Assembly (NCBI GenBank): GCA_035510155.1
Contig: DATKHR010000076.1
Span: forward strand, 1-59,568
Source of the DNA: Vicinamibacterales bacterium
GTDB taxonomy: Bacteria > Acidobacteriota > Vicinamibacteria > Vicinamibacterales > CAVVIG01
DNA length: 59,568 bases
Direction: 5' to 3'
The notes under the pieces were generated by a model that worked only from the letters and a program-made list of their open reading frames with translations, made no database searches and was not told the origin of the DNA. Shown piece after piece: positions 34,624 to 44,628 of the stretch. Positions within the stretch are counted from its first letter, which is position 1. Every line of letters begins with the position of its first letter. The translations under genes were made by a program, and so were the position numbers.

Positions 34624-35844
34624 ATGAAGGATAGACACACGTCTGCGACTCGTGGTGACCGCCGTCTGCCGGTGGCTCTGGCCATGGGCATGGCCGCGGT
34701 GGCGTGGGTGGTGGCGGCCGATGCGCCCACTCGTATCGCGCTGCAGCCGGGCCTGACGATCGTGACCGCGCTGACCGATCGGTACGGGGACTACGAATCG
34801 ATCAAGATGGTCGAATCGGTCACGCCAGAGGCGGTCAAACTCGTGTACTCGGCGGATATCCCTGACACGGCTTCGCAAGGTCCGCAAGCGTCGCGAAGTT
34901 CGCCGGGTTCGCAGGCTCCGGCGGGTTCGCAGGGTTCCGCCGCCGCGACCAAGTCGCGCAAGGTGAGCGCGCGCCGAATCGTCAGGCGCGAAGACCTCCG
35001 AACCGCTCACGAATACATGCAGACGTTCAGCCCATCCGCGCCCGAGACAATCGCCGGGACGACTGCGATCGGTGCGTCGGCGGCCGTGTTGACCGAGCTC
35101 AAGACAAAGGGTCAGACGACCTTCACGTTTCAGACGCCAAACCGCCAGCCCTCGATGGACAAGGTGCTGTCGGTCCTCGCGGGCGGCGGCAACAAGCAGG
35201 CCAAGAGCTTCGAGGACCTCGGCAAGCAGCTCGACGCCAGCAAAGCCTCCGGCACCCTGACGCGGGTCGAACCGACCGCCGTCCCATTTCCCGTGCTGAT
35301 CAACGGCCAGCGGACGACGCTGCCTGCCATTCACGCGCGCGGGACGTTCGACGACCTGCATGCTGACTTCTACTTCCTGGATGATCCCGACAATCCGGTC
35401 GCCCTGAAGTGGACGACCGGCAGCCAGACGGGGAACCTGCAGGTCGTGCAGATTACATACGCAGCGATGAAACAGCCGCAAATCGAGGACGCGCTCAAGC
35501 AGTCGGGGCGCGCCGAGGTGCACGGGATTTACTTCGACTTCGGCAGCGCGACGATCAAGCCGGAATCGGAGCCTGCGCTCAAGGAAATTGGGGACGCGGT
35601 CGCGAAGAACCCGAGCTGGATGCTGAGCGTCGAGGGGCACACGGACAACATCGGCGGCGACGCCGCCAATATGGAGTTGTCCAAGCGCCGGGCCGACGCC
35701 GTCAAGCAGGCGCTGACAACGCAGTATCATGTCAGCCCGGCGAAGCTCACGACGGCCGGCTTCGGGGCCACGCAGCCGAAGGAGTCGAACGACACGCCAG
35801 AGGGGCGCGCGCGCAATCGGCGCGTCGAGCTCGTCAAGCAGTAG
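34624..35844 (+). CDS. OmpA-family protein (unknown N-terminal domain plus C-terminal OmpA/MotB peptidoglycan-binding domain)
   Basis: The C-terminus reads FDFGSATIKPES...VEGHTDNIGGDAANMELSKRRADAV...GRARNRRVEL. ATG 34624 is followed by a signal-like segment. Confidence 0.85.
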   Translation: MKDRHTSATRGDRRLPVALAMGMAAVAWVVAADAPTRIALQPGLTIVTALTDRYGDYESIKMVESVTPEAVKLVYSADIPDTASQGPQASRSSPGSQAPAGSQGSAAATKSRKVSARRIVRREDLRTAHEYMQTFSPSAPETIAGTTAIGASAAVLTELKTKGQTTFTFQTPNRQPSMDKVLSVLAGGGNKQAKSFEDLGKQLDASKASGTLTRVEPTAVPFPVLINGQRTTLPAIHARGTFDDLHADFYFLDDPDNPVALKWTTGSQTGNLQVVQITYAAMKQPQIEDALKQSGRAEVHGIYFDFGSATIKPESEPALKEIGDAVAKNPSWMLSVEGHTDNIGGDAANMELSKRRADAVKQALTTQYHVSPAKLTTAGFGATQPKESNDTPEGRARNRRVELVKQ

Positions 35845-35869
35845 AAACCGGCGATCAACTCAGCTTTCG

Positions 35870-35896
35870 GCGCTCGTTTCGAGCGCACAGCGTTTT
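35870..35896 (+). terminator. Weak intrinsic terminator candidate after the OmpA-family gene
   Basis: GCGCTCG-TTT-CGAGCGC is a 7-bp stem. A TTTT run follows 6 nt downstream. Confidence 0.3.
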
Positions 35897-35904
35897 CCCT
35901 GACC

Positions 35905-36990
35905 ATGCGACTCGCCGTTGAGCCGCCAATCGAGCCGATGCTCGCGAAGCTCGCCGATGAGCTGCCTGCCGCCGGCGATTTCCTGTACGAGCCCAAATGG
36001 GATGGTTTTCGGGCGATCGTCTTTCGCGGCGAGGAGAGCGTCTTCATTCAAAGCCGCGACCTGCGGCCGCTCGATCGGTATTTCCCCGAGCTGCACGCCG
36101 CTTTACTCGCCAACCTGCCGGCCGGCCTGGTGGTCGACGGAGAGATCGTGATCGCGACGCCCCACGGGCTGGATTTCGACGCGCTCCAGCTTCGCCTGCA
36201 TCCTGCCGCTTCTCGCGTGGCCAAGCTGGCTGCGGAAACTCCGGCGTCGCTGGTGGCCTTCGACGTGCTCGCGGCCGAGGGGCGCGATCTGCGCGGGGCG
36301 CCGCAGAGCGAGCGGCGCGCGCTGCTCGAGCGGGTACTCGTGGATATCAAGCGGCCGATCCACTTGACGCCGATGACGCGCGACGCGGCTGTTGCGCTGG
36401 ACTGGTTGTCGCGCTTCGAGGGCGCGGGTCTCGACGGCGTCATTGTGAAGCCGGCGAACGGCGTGTACGAGCCCGGCAAGCGCGCAATGATCAAAGTCAA
36501 GCATGCGCGGACGGCGGACTGCGTGGTGGCCGGCTTCCGGTGGCACAAGGCGGGCAGGAACGAACTCATCGGCTCGCTCCTGCTCGGGTTGTACGACGAC
36601 AGGGGGAGGCTTCACCACGTGGGGGTGACATCCTCGTTCACGATGACGACACGAAAGGCGCTGGCGGAGGAACTGGCGCCGCTGCGCGAGCGGGCGCTGG
36701 ACGAGCATCCGTGGCGCGAGTGGGCGGGGACCGAAGGCGATGAGATGACGCGGATGCCGGGCGGCCAGAGCCGTTGGAGCGCGGGCAAAGATCTTTCCTG
36801 GGAGCCGCTCCGGATCGAACGCGTGTGTGAAGTCAAGTACGACCACATGCAGGGGCGGAGATTTCGCCACGCGGCCACGTTTCAGCGGTGGCGGCCGGAC
36901 AAGGATCCGCGTGCATGCGACTACGATCAGCTCGAGGTCACCACACCGTACGAGCTGGAGAAGGTGTTCGGGGCGGGCCGGACGGTTTGA
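35905..36990 (+). CDS. ATP-dependent DNA ligase (LigC / LigD ligase-domain type)
   Basis: 361 aa with adenylation motif I EPKWDGFR and a typical LigC-size core with OB domain. Confidence 0.9.
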   Translation: MRLAVEPPIEPMLAKLADELPAAGDFLYEPKWDGFRAIVFRGEESVFIQSRDLRPLDRYFPELHAALLANLPAGLVVDGEIVIATPHGLDFDALQLRLHPAASRVAKLAAETPASLVAFDVLAAEGRDLRGAPQSERRALLERVLVDIKRPIHLTPMTRDAAVALDWLSRFEGAGLDGVIVKPANGVYEPGKRAMIKVKHARTADCVVAGFRWHKAGRNELIGSLLLGLYDDRGRLHHVGVTSSFTMTTRKALAEELAPLRERALDEHPWREWAGTEGDEMTRMPGGQSRWSAGKDLSWEPLRIERVCEVKYDHMQGRRFRHAATFQRWRPDKDPRACDYDQLEVTTPYELEKVFGAGRTV

Positions 36991-37001
36991 CATCGCGGCG
37001 G

Positions 37002-38270
37002 TCACGAATTCGGTCGCGACCACTGCCCTACGGCTTCGTCCGGGTCGAGGGCTTCCTGCGGAGGACGGAGCGCCACGGGCACGTGCTGAAGATTGACGCG
37101 AATGCGCGTCCACGTGTGGAAGCGGCCGCGCATCGAGTCGACGAGGACGTCGGCGGGTTGGAGATGGGCGGCGGCTTCCGCGTGTCTGGCCCGCCAGCGA
37201 TCGAGGCCTGCCAGCGCGTCGTCTTTGCGCTGCGCGCGACCGATTTCAATCATCGGGAATTTCGGCATGCGGCGTCGCGATGGCTGGACTCGGGCAGGCT
37301 CGCCGGCCTGCTTCCGATAGTGCGGGGGCCAGGGAGCGTCGCCCAGTCCGTCGCGCTCGTGGCGGGCCGAGAGCTCCAGCAGGCTGTCGAGTGAACAGGG
37401 TTGCCGGTCCATGCCCGCATGGGGGTCGCCTATCCGGGCGAAGCGGGGCGGCATCGTGACGAGCGTGAAGTCTCCAGGCTCGCAGCTGTCAATCTCCTCC
37501 CACGCGAGAGGTGCTGACACGCGCGCATCCGGCGTCGGACGCACCGAGTAGGCGGCGGCAATCGTGCGATCCTTTGCGTTCTGGTTGTAATCGAGAAACA
37601 CGCCGTGGCGCTCTTCCTTCCACCATTTGCTCGTGGCGAGTGGGGGCGCGCGGCGCTCGACCTCACGCGCAAACGCGAGCGCGGCGCGGCGAACCTCGTC
37701 GAACCCCCACCGCGCCTCGATACGCACATAGACGTGGATGCCGCGGGAACCGGACGTCTTCGGCCAACCGACGAGCCCGAAGTCATGGAGCGTTGCGCGC
37801 ACGATCTGCGCGACGGCACGAAGTTGGGTCCACGCGATGCCGGGCACTGGATCGAGATCCACGCGCAGCTCGTCAGGGCATTCGAGGCGGTCTGCGCGCA
37901 CTGGATGGGGGTGGAGCTCGAGGCACGCCAGGTTGGCCATCCACACGAGGGCGGCAGCATCGCGCGGCACGACTTCTTCGGCGCTCCGGCCGGAGGGAAA
38001 GTGCAGCGCGACCACATCGATCCAGGCAGGACGGGATTTGGGCGCGCGTTTCTGATAGAAGAACTCGCCGTCGATCCCGTTCGGGTACCGCACCAGGACA
38101 TTGGGACGGCCGCCGGCGCCCCGAAGGGCGCCGGAAGCGACGGCGAGATAGTAGTGGACCAGATCCATCTTCGTATGGCCCGCTTGCGGAAAGAGCACCT
38201 TTCGCGGGTTGGAAATGAGGATGTCGTGTCCGGCGGCGGTAACGAGCTCTTGTTCGGCGCGCTGTGCCAT
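37002..38270 (-). CDS. Stand-alone LigD-type primase-polymerase (AEP family) with C-terminal extension
   Basis: ISNPRKVLFP..., DLDP and KTSGSRGIHVYV AEP motifs. ATG 38270 is codon 86 of the track ORF. There are about 120 extra C-terminal residues (PWPPHYRKQAGEPARVQPS...). Confidence 0.85.
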   Translation of the reverse strand: MAQRAEQELVTAAGHDILISNPRKVLFPQAGHTKMDLVHYYLAVASGALRGAGGRPNVLVRYPNGIDGEFFYQKRAPKSRPAWIDVVALHFPSGRSAEEVVPRDAAALVWMANLACLELHPHPVRADRLECPDELRVDLDPVPGIAWTQLRAVAQIVRATLHDFGLVGWPKTSGSRGIHVYVRIEARWGFDEVRRAALAFAREVERRAPPLATSKWWKEERHGVFLDYNQNAKDRTIAAAYSVRPTPDARVSAPLAWEEIDSCEPGDFTLVTMPPRFARIGDPHAGMDRQPCSLDSLLELSARHERDGLGDAPWPPHYRKQAGEPARVQPSRRRMPKFPMIEIGRAQRKDDALAGLDRWRARHAEAAAHLQPADVLVDSMRGRFHTWTRIRVNLQHVPVALRPPQEALDPDEAVGQWSRPNS

Positions 38271-38408
38271 GGATCGGATGAGTATGCCGGATTCTTGTCC
38301 CTCGTCCGTGGTCCACTCTGCTGAGCACGGCGTGCCGCTATCGGCGCGCCGTCGAGCTGGTGCGTCTGGAATGGTCTGGCCGTTGCAGGCGCTTCGCTCG
38401 GAGGCCCT

Positions 38409-38957
38409 ATGAAAAAGACGACCTGGACAGGCATATGCACGACGATCGTCGGTTTCTCGACCGCAGCGATCATCGCCCAGACGACACCGCCGTCGCAGAG
38501 CAACCCCTCCAGCGCTGGCAAGCAAATTACTGTGACCGGATGCTTGAAAGCGGCGCCTGGGGCGGCCCCCACCGCGGGTGGAACGGCCGGAACACCAGGA
38601 ACTGCGGGAACGACGGGGACCGCAGGGGCCGCGGGCGCAGCCACCGAGACCGCCGCCGACGTGAAGTTCCTGCTCACGAACGTTACGCCCTCGTCTGGTG
38701 ATGCGTCAGGCGGCGCGAGCACAGCCGGGGCCGCGCCAGCGGCGAGTGCGGCGAGCACGCCTCCCAGTCCAACGTATCGACTCATTGCAAACGCTGCCTC
38801 GCTCAGCCCGCATGTCGGCAAGAAGCTCGAGCTGACAGGAACGATCGAGGATCAGGACAGCGGAGCTCGATCGAGCGGGTCAGCCGCTTCCGAGGCGAAC
38901 GCGCCTGCGTTGAGGGTCAGCTCAGGCAAAGTCCTCGCAGCGTCGTGCTCAGAGTGA
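38409..38957 (+). CDS. Secreted low-complexity (Ala/Gly/Thr-rich) protein
   Basis: GGAGG SD 5 nt upstream, signal peptide MKKTTWTGICTTIVGFSTAAIIAQ, and a GT(A/P)G-type low-complexity core. Confidence 0.6.
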   Translation: MKKTTWTGICTTIVGFSTAAIIAQTTPPSQSNPSSAGKQITVTGCLKAAPGAAPTAGGTAGTPGTAGTTGTAGAAGAATETAADVKFLLTNVTPSSGDASGGASTAGAAPAASAASTPPSPTYRLIANAASLSPHVGKKLELTGTIEDQDSGARSSGSAASEANAPALRVSSGKVLAASCSE

Positions 38958-39006
38958 CGGCACCGCTCACCCGACAGCTCGACCTGATCGATAACCGATG
39001 ATCGGA

Positions 39007-39043
39007 GGGCGAGAAACTGAAGGGCTCTCGCGGTTTCTCGCCC
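39007..39043. terminator. Hairpin between convergent genes (no U-tract)
   Basis: GGGCGAGAAAC-(15 nt)-GTTTCTCGCCC is a perfect 11-bp stem. Confidence 0.35.
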
Positions 39044-39074
39044 TGCCCGCACAGCGTGCGCCCACACCGAGAGC

Positions 39075-39374
39075 TCAACGGACAGATTCGGCGATCCGTT
39101 TCGGCATGTCGTCCGCGCGCTGGCTGGCGCGAAATTCGACGATGCGGAAGTCGGCGAGGCCGCGGGCATGAAAAGGGTCTTCCTGGATGATGGCCTGGAC
39201 GTGTTCGCGACTTTTGCCAACCGCCAGGATGATCCCCCCGTCTCGCGGGATCTTTCGACCCGAGACGAGAAAGTTACCCGATGCGTAGTATTTCTTCAGG
39301 AATTTGACGTGCGCCGCCATGTGCGCATCGATTTCAGCGAGGTCGACCTTGTAGGTCAGTTCGATGAGAAACAT
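39075..39374 (-). CDS. YciI-family protein
   Basis: 99 aa. MFLIELTYKVDL...H..FL...SG.FLVSGR...DGGIILA is a pattern typical of YciI-like proteins. Confidence 0.8.
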   Translation of the reverse strand: MFLIELTYKVDLAEIDAHMAAHVKFLKKYYASGNFLVSGRKIPRDGGIILAVGKSREHVQAIIQEDPFHARGLADFRIVEFRASQRADDMPKRIAESVR

Positions 39375-39474
39375 CTCCTGAGCTTGTCTCAGATGTCGTT
39401 CGAGCGTAAATAGCGGTTCCCACCATGGCGTGCGGGTTGGACGGTGCGCGGCGCGAGAGGGGTGAATTCGGCGC

Positions 39475-42024
39475 TTACCGAAGTGGAAGCGGTAGTGCAG
39501 CTCGGAGATAGCGCAAGTACGCGTTCTCGGGATCGAGCTTCAGCGCGGTGTCGACGAAGACGCGTGCTTCATCGAGGCGGTCGGCTGCTGCGGCTTCATG
39601 CTCTCTCCAGATCGCGTTCATGACCTTCTGTGACGTTCGCAACGTCGTCACGTCACCAGGCGCTTCGGTCAGGTAGGTGTCGACCGGCTGACGGTGTTTC
39701 GTGATTTCGTCATAGCCCATGGGATCGATCGGATAGAAATTGAAGTACTCGATCCTGGGATGATTGTCCGTGACGATCGGTCCGTCACCAATGAGGCCGT
39801 CCAAGGCCCGGTCGGCAGCGACAAAGGTCGCTGCGATATCCTCCGGAGAGCGAAAACCGATCGCTTCCAAGTCCTCCCGCAGCTTCGGGAATCCCATCCT
39901 GCGACGCCACTCGCCAAGGTCGACGCTGAGAGGCTCCATCGAGCCGATGGCGACCCCTTCCATACGGCTGGGGATCCATAGCGACACATGCGGAAACTCC
40001 GCCATCATCGTGCGGATCATCATGCGAGGAAGGGCCTGACGAGAGAAGTCCAGCGGCATCCATTGCGCCAGCACGCCGCGCGCGGCGAGGTGTTGCTTGG
40101 CAAGCGTGTAGAACTCGCGGGTATACAGATTCACGACGCCCGCATCGTGCGGGGGCGGCGGCTCAAAGGTGATGACGTCGAACTCCTGATTCGTGCGCAA
40201 CAGGTACTGGCGGACGTCCGCCACCACCCGATCCACATGAGGCTGGCGGTAGAAGCCATGATTCAGCGGCTCGAACAGTGGCGCAAAGTCGAAGACCGGT
40301 TCAGCCAGATCGACGGCCGCAATCTTTCGAAGCTCTGGATGGACGGTCAGGGCGCCAACGGTCGTTCCAGTGCCGATGCAACCGACGAGCGCAGATCGCG
40401 GGTCCCGATGGAGCAGGGTCGGGAGATGGCCGAGCATCGCCATATAACGCCGGCCGGGCGGGCTGTTGTTGGCGTAGCTCCAACCGTTCACCAATAACTG
40501 TTGATAGTTACCCGCCTCCGCCGAGCGATAGCCCATGACAACGAACGTCGCGTCGCGGGCCTCCTCGAAGGCGAGAACCCTCCCATCCTGGAAGCTCGTT
40601 TGTGCCTCGACCAAGTATCGCGGGCCGAGGATCCAAGTGCCTATGCAGATGAATACGATACCCTCGACCGTCAAGCGGTGGAGGCGTCCGTCTCGACGCA
40701 ACGACGGCTGTGAAGCAACGATCACCGTGAACAGCAGAAGGTTCAGCCCGACGACGAGCGTTAAGCCGGCCTGAGTGCCGAGATACGGGACGAGCACGAA
40801 CCCGGCGGTGAGCGAGCCAAGCGTTCCCCCGAGCGTGTTCAGGGCATAGAGCCGGCCAAGTCGGCGCCCGAGGACCGATACGCGTTGAATCGTCAGCTCG
40901 CTCGCGAGAGGAAACCCTATGCCGATGAGCGTCGTCGGCACCAGAAGCACGACCATGCAAAGAAACATGGTCTCGGACGCCCCGGCCAGCCGCTCGAAGA
41001 AACGGCCGTGGAGTCCGAGCTGCTGCATGGAGGCCTCGAAAGCCATGGAGATGTTGCGCGAGCGTCCGAGCAGCGCGACAGTCAACAGCCCGGCCGCGGC
41101 GATCAGGAGTTGGAGGCGCGCGAAATAGGCAAGCAGCCGGTCTTTGCGAGGCGCTAGAAATCTGGCGCAGATGAAGGCACCGAGCACCAGCCCGACGAGA
41201 TACGTCGAGAGCATGGCGGAAAAGGCGAAGACTGTGTGGACCTGAAAGTTCGCAAGGACGCGAAACCAGAGGACCTCGTACGCGATCGATGCAAAGCCAT
41301 TGGCCGCGAACACGACGACCAGGACGACGACGCGCCCGGAGGAAGTTGTCTCAGCTGCCGCCGCGTCGACTTGCGGTGCTGTGAGGGACGTCGCTTCCGA
41401 CGGCCGCGTGCCTGTAGCCGCGCGAACTGTCAACATCCCGGCCAACGCCGCATTGCACACATAGATCATGGACCCGACGATCGCCGATTGCATGACTCCG
41501 AGCGCTCCGATCAACACGAAACCAACCGCTGCACAACCGAGCGCCGCGCCAAGCGTGTTCACGCCGTACAACAATCCAATCCGCCGTGCGAGCACCGCTT
41601 GCTCCCGGATAACGTGCTTCGCAAGGATCGGGAGCGTCGCTCCCATGAGCATCGTCGGCAGAGCGAGCGTGGCGAAGGAAAAGACGACCGTGAGCAAGCC
41701 GCCTCTCAGAGACTGATCGCCAACAAGCGGCGCCAACCCGTGTGCCCAACGTGGCCAGTTCGCGAGAAAAAGAGTGACGAGGATGGCGGCGGCACCAAGA
41801 CCGAATTCGAGAGCGGCGTAGGCCCCCAGGGGCCGTCGAACCCGGTCCGCCAGTTTCCCGCCAGACCAGCTGCCGAGCGACAGTCCGAAGAAGAAGCTCG
41901 CGACCGTCATGCTCACGGCAAACGTTGAACTGCCGAGCACGAACTGCAGAAGCTTGAACCAGACGACCTGGTAAATCAGGGAGGCTGCGCCCGAGGCCAG
42001 GAACATCACATAGATGGCAGCCAT
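39475..42024 (-). CDS. Fused multi-TM (MFS-like) / spermidine-synthase-like protein with TPR-like C-terminus
   Basis: 849 aa. About 12 or more hydrophobic helices are followed by a methyltransferase-fold block (VGCIGTGTTVGAL...DVITFEPPPP) as in polyamine aminopropyltransferase-like membrane proteins. Confidence 0.8.
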   Translation of the reverse strand: MAAIYVMFLASGAASLIYQVVWFKLLQFVLGSSTFAVSMTVASFFFGLSLGSWSGGKLADRVRRPLGAYAALEFGLGAAAILVTLFLANWPRWAHGLAPLVGDQSLRGGLLTVVFSFATLALPTMLMGATLPILAKHVIREQAVLARRIGLLYGVNTLGAALGCAAVGFVLIGALGVMQSAIVGSMIYVCNAALAGMLTVRAATGTRPSEATSLTAPQVDAAAAETTSSGRVVVLVVVFAANGFASIAYEVLWFRVLANFQVHTVFAFSAMLSTYLVGLVLGAFICARFLAPRKDRLLAYFARLQLLIAAAGLLTVALLGRSRNISMAFEASMQQLGLHGRFFERLAGASETMFLCMVVLLVPTTLIGIGFPLASELTIQRVSVLGRRLGRLYALNTLGGTLGSLTAGFVLVPYLGTQAGLTLVVGLNLLLFTVIVASQPSLRRDGRLHRLTVEGIVFICIGTWILGPRYLVEAQTSFQDGRVLAFEEARDATFVVMGYRSAEAGNYQQLLVNGWSYANNSPPGRRYMAMLGHLPTLLHRDPRSALVGCIGTGTTVGALTVHPELRKIAAVDLAEPVFDFAPLFEPLNHGFYRQPHVDRVVADVRQYLLRTNQEFDVITFEPPPPHDAGVVNLYTREFYTLAKQHLAARGVLAQWMPLDFSRQALPRMMIRTMMAEFPHVSLWIPSRMEGVAIGSMEPLSVDLGEWRRRMGFPKLREDLEAIGFRSPEDIAATFVAADRALDGLIGDGPIVTDNHPRIEYFNFYPIDPMGYDEITKHRQPVDTYLTEAPGDVTTLRTSQKVMNAIWREHEAAAADRLDEARVFVDTALKLDPENAYLRYLRAALPLPLR

Positions 42025-42092
42025 CTGGCTCGCCTATCGGCTCGAGTCGCGATGGACTTGAGACCGGCTGGCCGAACTCGCCTCCGACGTGG

Positions 42093-43385
42093 CTAGCGTG
42101 ATGCTGCTTGCTGACGCTGTTTCTCTTCCGGCGGTTGCACACGGACGAATGCCCGGTACAGCAGCAGGTCGTACGTGATTTTCAGCGTGCCTGCGATGAA
42201 AAAGGGCAAATTGATTAAAGCCGGTCGCGCAAACATCAAGCCTACAAACAGCGGACCGATTGCCGCGCCGATCGTCCGGGCCACGCCGGCGATGCCTGCG
42301 GCAGCGGATCGCTCATCAGGGCTCACGACGGCCATGAGGTACGACTGCCTGGTGGGCACATCCATCTGGCTGATGCTGAACCGCGCCAGCAGGACCAGGA
42401 CCGCAAGCGAGAGCGTCGGCATCAGCGGGATGAGTATCAAGAGGACGTTGGAGGGGAGATGCGTGGCGACCATGGTCCTGATCAGACCGAATCGCGCGGC
42501 CAGACGAGAGGCCAGGAGCGCGGAGAGCCCGGCGAAGATGTTCGCCCAGAAAAAGATCGTCCCGAGCAACGCAGGGTCGGCCCCGAACCGGAGGTAAAAC
42601 CAATACGCTGCGAAGCTCTGGATAACGAAGCCGCCGGCAAACGAGTCCAGAGCGAACAGAGCCGCCAACTTCACCACGACGTCCCGCGATCGATCGAGCC
42701 CTGAAAAGCGTGTGAACGCCGGCCGGAACGCTCGTCCTTCGCTCGGGCCGGGTGTTTCTACCGCGGGCGACAGCCCGGAAAACAACGCCGCCAGCGTCAC
42801 GCCGAGCACTGCGTAGAGGATGACGACGACCCGGTATCCACTCGGCGGGGCAGCCGCGTGCAAGCCGCGCGTCGCGAAGCCCGCCGCCAGTGCGCCCAGC
42901 GCAGTCGCCAACGAGCCGACGAGGGTGTACCAGGCAAGGACCTCGGTCCGGGTCCGGTCGGTCGCCACGTGCGTGAGCGCCGCTTGCTCAATAGAGAGGA
43001 ACGGTCCCACTTCATTACCGCTGGGGCTGATGACGCCAACGGTTCCGGCCAGAACGAGGAGCCAGAACGCGCTCGCAGACGCGAAGACCATTCCGGCAGC
43101 GGCCATCAGCGCCGCCCCGACCACCAACGCGCGGCGGCGTCCCATCCGATCGGCGCGCGTCGTGAGGTACAGAGAGATGACGGTATCGCCAACGAGCGTC
43201 AACGTCAGCAGGGTGCCGGTCTGCGGCTCGCTCAGCCCGATGCCGATGAGGTAGAAGACCAACACGACGGACAGCGAGCCGTACGCGAACAGACGGATGA
43301 AGCGCGTCGCAAAAAGGAGCACGCCGTCGAGCGGCAGTTGCGCGAGGACGGCTGGGACGATCGATGGGCGCATGCGCTGGCGCAA
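42093..43385 (-). CDS. MFS transporter
   Basis: 430 aa, 12-TM pattern, and an MFS loop motif (TRADRMGRRRAL). Confidence 0.85.
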   Translation of the reverse strand: MRQRMRPSIVPAVLAQLPLDGVLLFATRFIRLFAYGSLSVVLVFYLIGIGLSEPQTGTLLTLTLVGDTVISLYLTTRADRMGRRRALVVGAALMAAAGMVFASASAFWLLVLAGTVGVISPSGNEVGPFLSIEQAALTHVATDRTRTEVLAWYTLVGSLATALGALAAGFATRGLHAAAPPSGYRVVVILYAVLGVTLAALFSGLSPAVETPGPSEGRAFRPAFTRFSGLDRSRDVVVKLAALFALDSFAGGFVIQSFAAYWFYLRFGADPALLGTIFFWANIFAGLSALLASRLAARFGLIRTMVATHLPSNVLLILIPLMPTLSLAVLVLLARFSISQMDVPTRQSYLMAVVSPDERSAAAGIAGVARTIGAAIGPLFVGLMFARPALINLPFFIAGTLKITYDLLLYRAFVRVQPPEEKQRQQAASR

Positions 43386-43558
43386 GAGGAGCGACGTGTC
43401 GAAGCTTACAGCGTCATGCCGACTCCGTGGGCGCAGCCATCAATGCTGCTCCAAACCGGCGCGGGACACAACGGCTCAGGTGGTCCGCCACTCCGACCGT
43501 GGCATGATGACGCAGGAGCGCATTCCCCAGCCCGAGTTGTGCGACAGGAGCAACGCTG

Positions 43559-44608
43559 ATGCACAAGTTCATCGCGTCGATCTGCATGGGCCTTCCGTTC
43601 GCGTTTTCCCCGATCGGCCAGCCTGCGCCGCGACAGCCGTTGAAGGTCTTCGCGCAGGTCGGCCTCTCGCCGCAGCAGGTTGCCGCAATCGAGGAAGGCC
43701 GCGCGGTGGCGAAGGTGCTCTCATGGGGAAAGCCATCGGAGATTTACGTGTTTGGCGCCGTGCGCGTGAATGGCTCGCGCGACGCGTACCTCGCCGCGAC
43801 GCGCGATCTCGGACGGCTCGCGGGGAACCCAGGCTATTTGGGGATTGGTGAGCTCCCCGCGACGGCGACGGTCGCAGATCTCAGTGCACTCGCTCTGGAC
43901 GCAGACGACATCAAAGCGTTGAAAAGCTGCCGGGAGGGTGACTGCGACGTCCAACTGCCGACCAACGCGATTCGAGCGTTTCAGAACGAAGTGAAGTGGT
44001 CCCAGCCGGACGTCGCCGACCAGGTCAACGGGCTTGCCCGCAGGATGGTGCTCGACTTGATCGGTCAGTATCGACATGGCGGCAACGGCGCGCTCGGCAT
44101 CTACCGCGACAAGGAACATCCCGCGCTGGTCGCGGAACAGTTCGAGACGATGGTGGGTCGTGCGTCGGAGCTCCCGGACGTCCTGCCCGAATTGCGGCGA
44201 TACCTTCTTCAGTATCCGGACGCAGAATTACCCGGAGCCGACAGTTTTTTCTACTGGGAAAAGGTCGATTTTGGAATGAAGCCGACGATCCGGGTGAATC
44301 ACGGCGTCATCTACAAGACGCGGGTCGAGAATCGCGACATCGACGCCGTTGCGATCAAACAGTTGTACGCCAGCCACTACTTTCATACGGCCCTGGACCT
44401 CTCCGTGTGCGTCGCCGATTCGGAGGGGCCCGATTCCCGCGGCTTCTACCTGCTCACGGTCAAGGGCTCGGAGCAGGAAGGGCTGACAGGCTTCAAGGGC
44501 TCCATGTTGCGAAGAATCGTCGTGAACAAGACCAGCTCGTCGCTCGAAACGGCCCTCGGCTCGATCAAGAAGTCGATCGAAAAGTCCGCCCCCGGGTCCA
44601 ACCACTGA
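43559..44608 (+). CDS. Hypothetical secreted protein
   Basis: 349 aa with a signal-like N-terminus and coding-like codon bias. No family recognised. Confidence 0.6.
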   Translation: MHKFIASICMGLPFAFSPIGQPAPRQPLKVFAQVGLSPQQVAAIEEGRAVAKVLSWGKPSEIYVFGAVRVNGSRDAYLAATRDLGRLAGNPGYLGIGELPATATVADLSALALDADDIKALKSCREGDCDVQLPTNAIRAFQNEVKWSQPDVADQVNGLARRMVLDLIGQYRHGGNGALGIYRDKEHPALVAEQFETMVGRASELPDVLPELRRYLLQYPDAELPGADSFFYWEKVDFGMKPTIRVNHGVIYKTRVENRDIDAVAIKQLYASHYFHTALDLSVCVADSEGPDSRGFYLLTVKGSEQEGLTGFKGSMLRRIVVNKTSSSLETALGSIKKSIEKSAPGSNH

Positions 44609-44628
44609 CATCAAGGCTGATCGCGATG

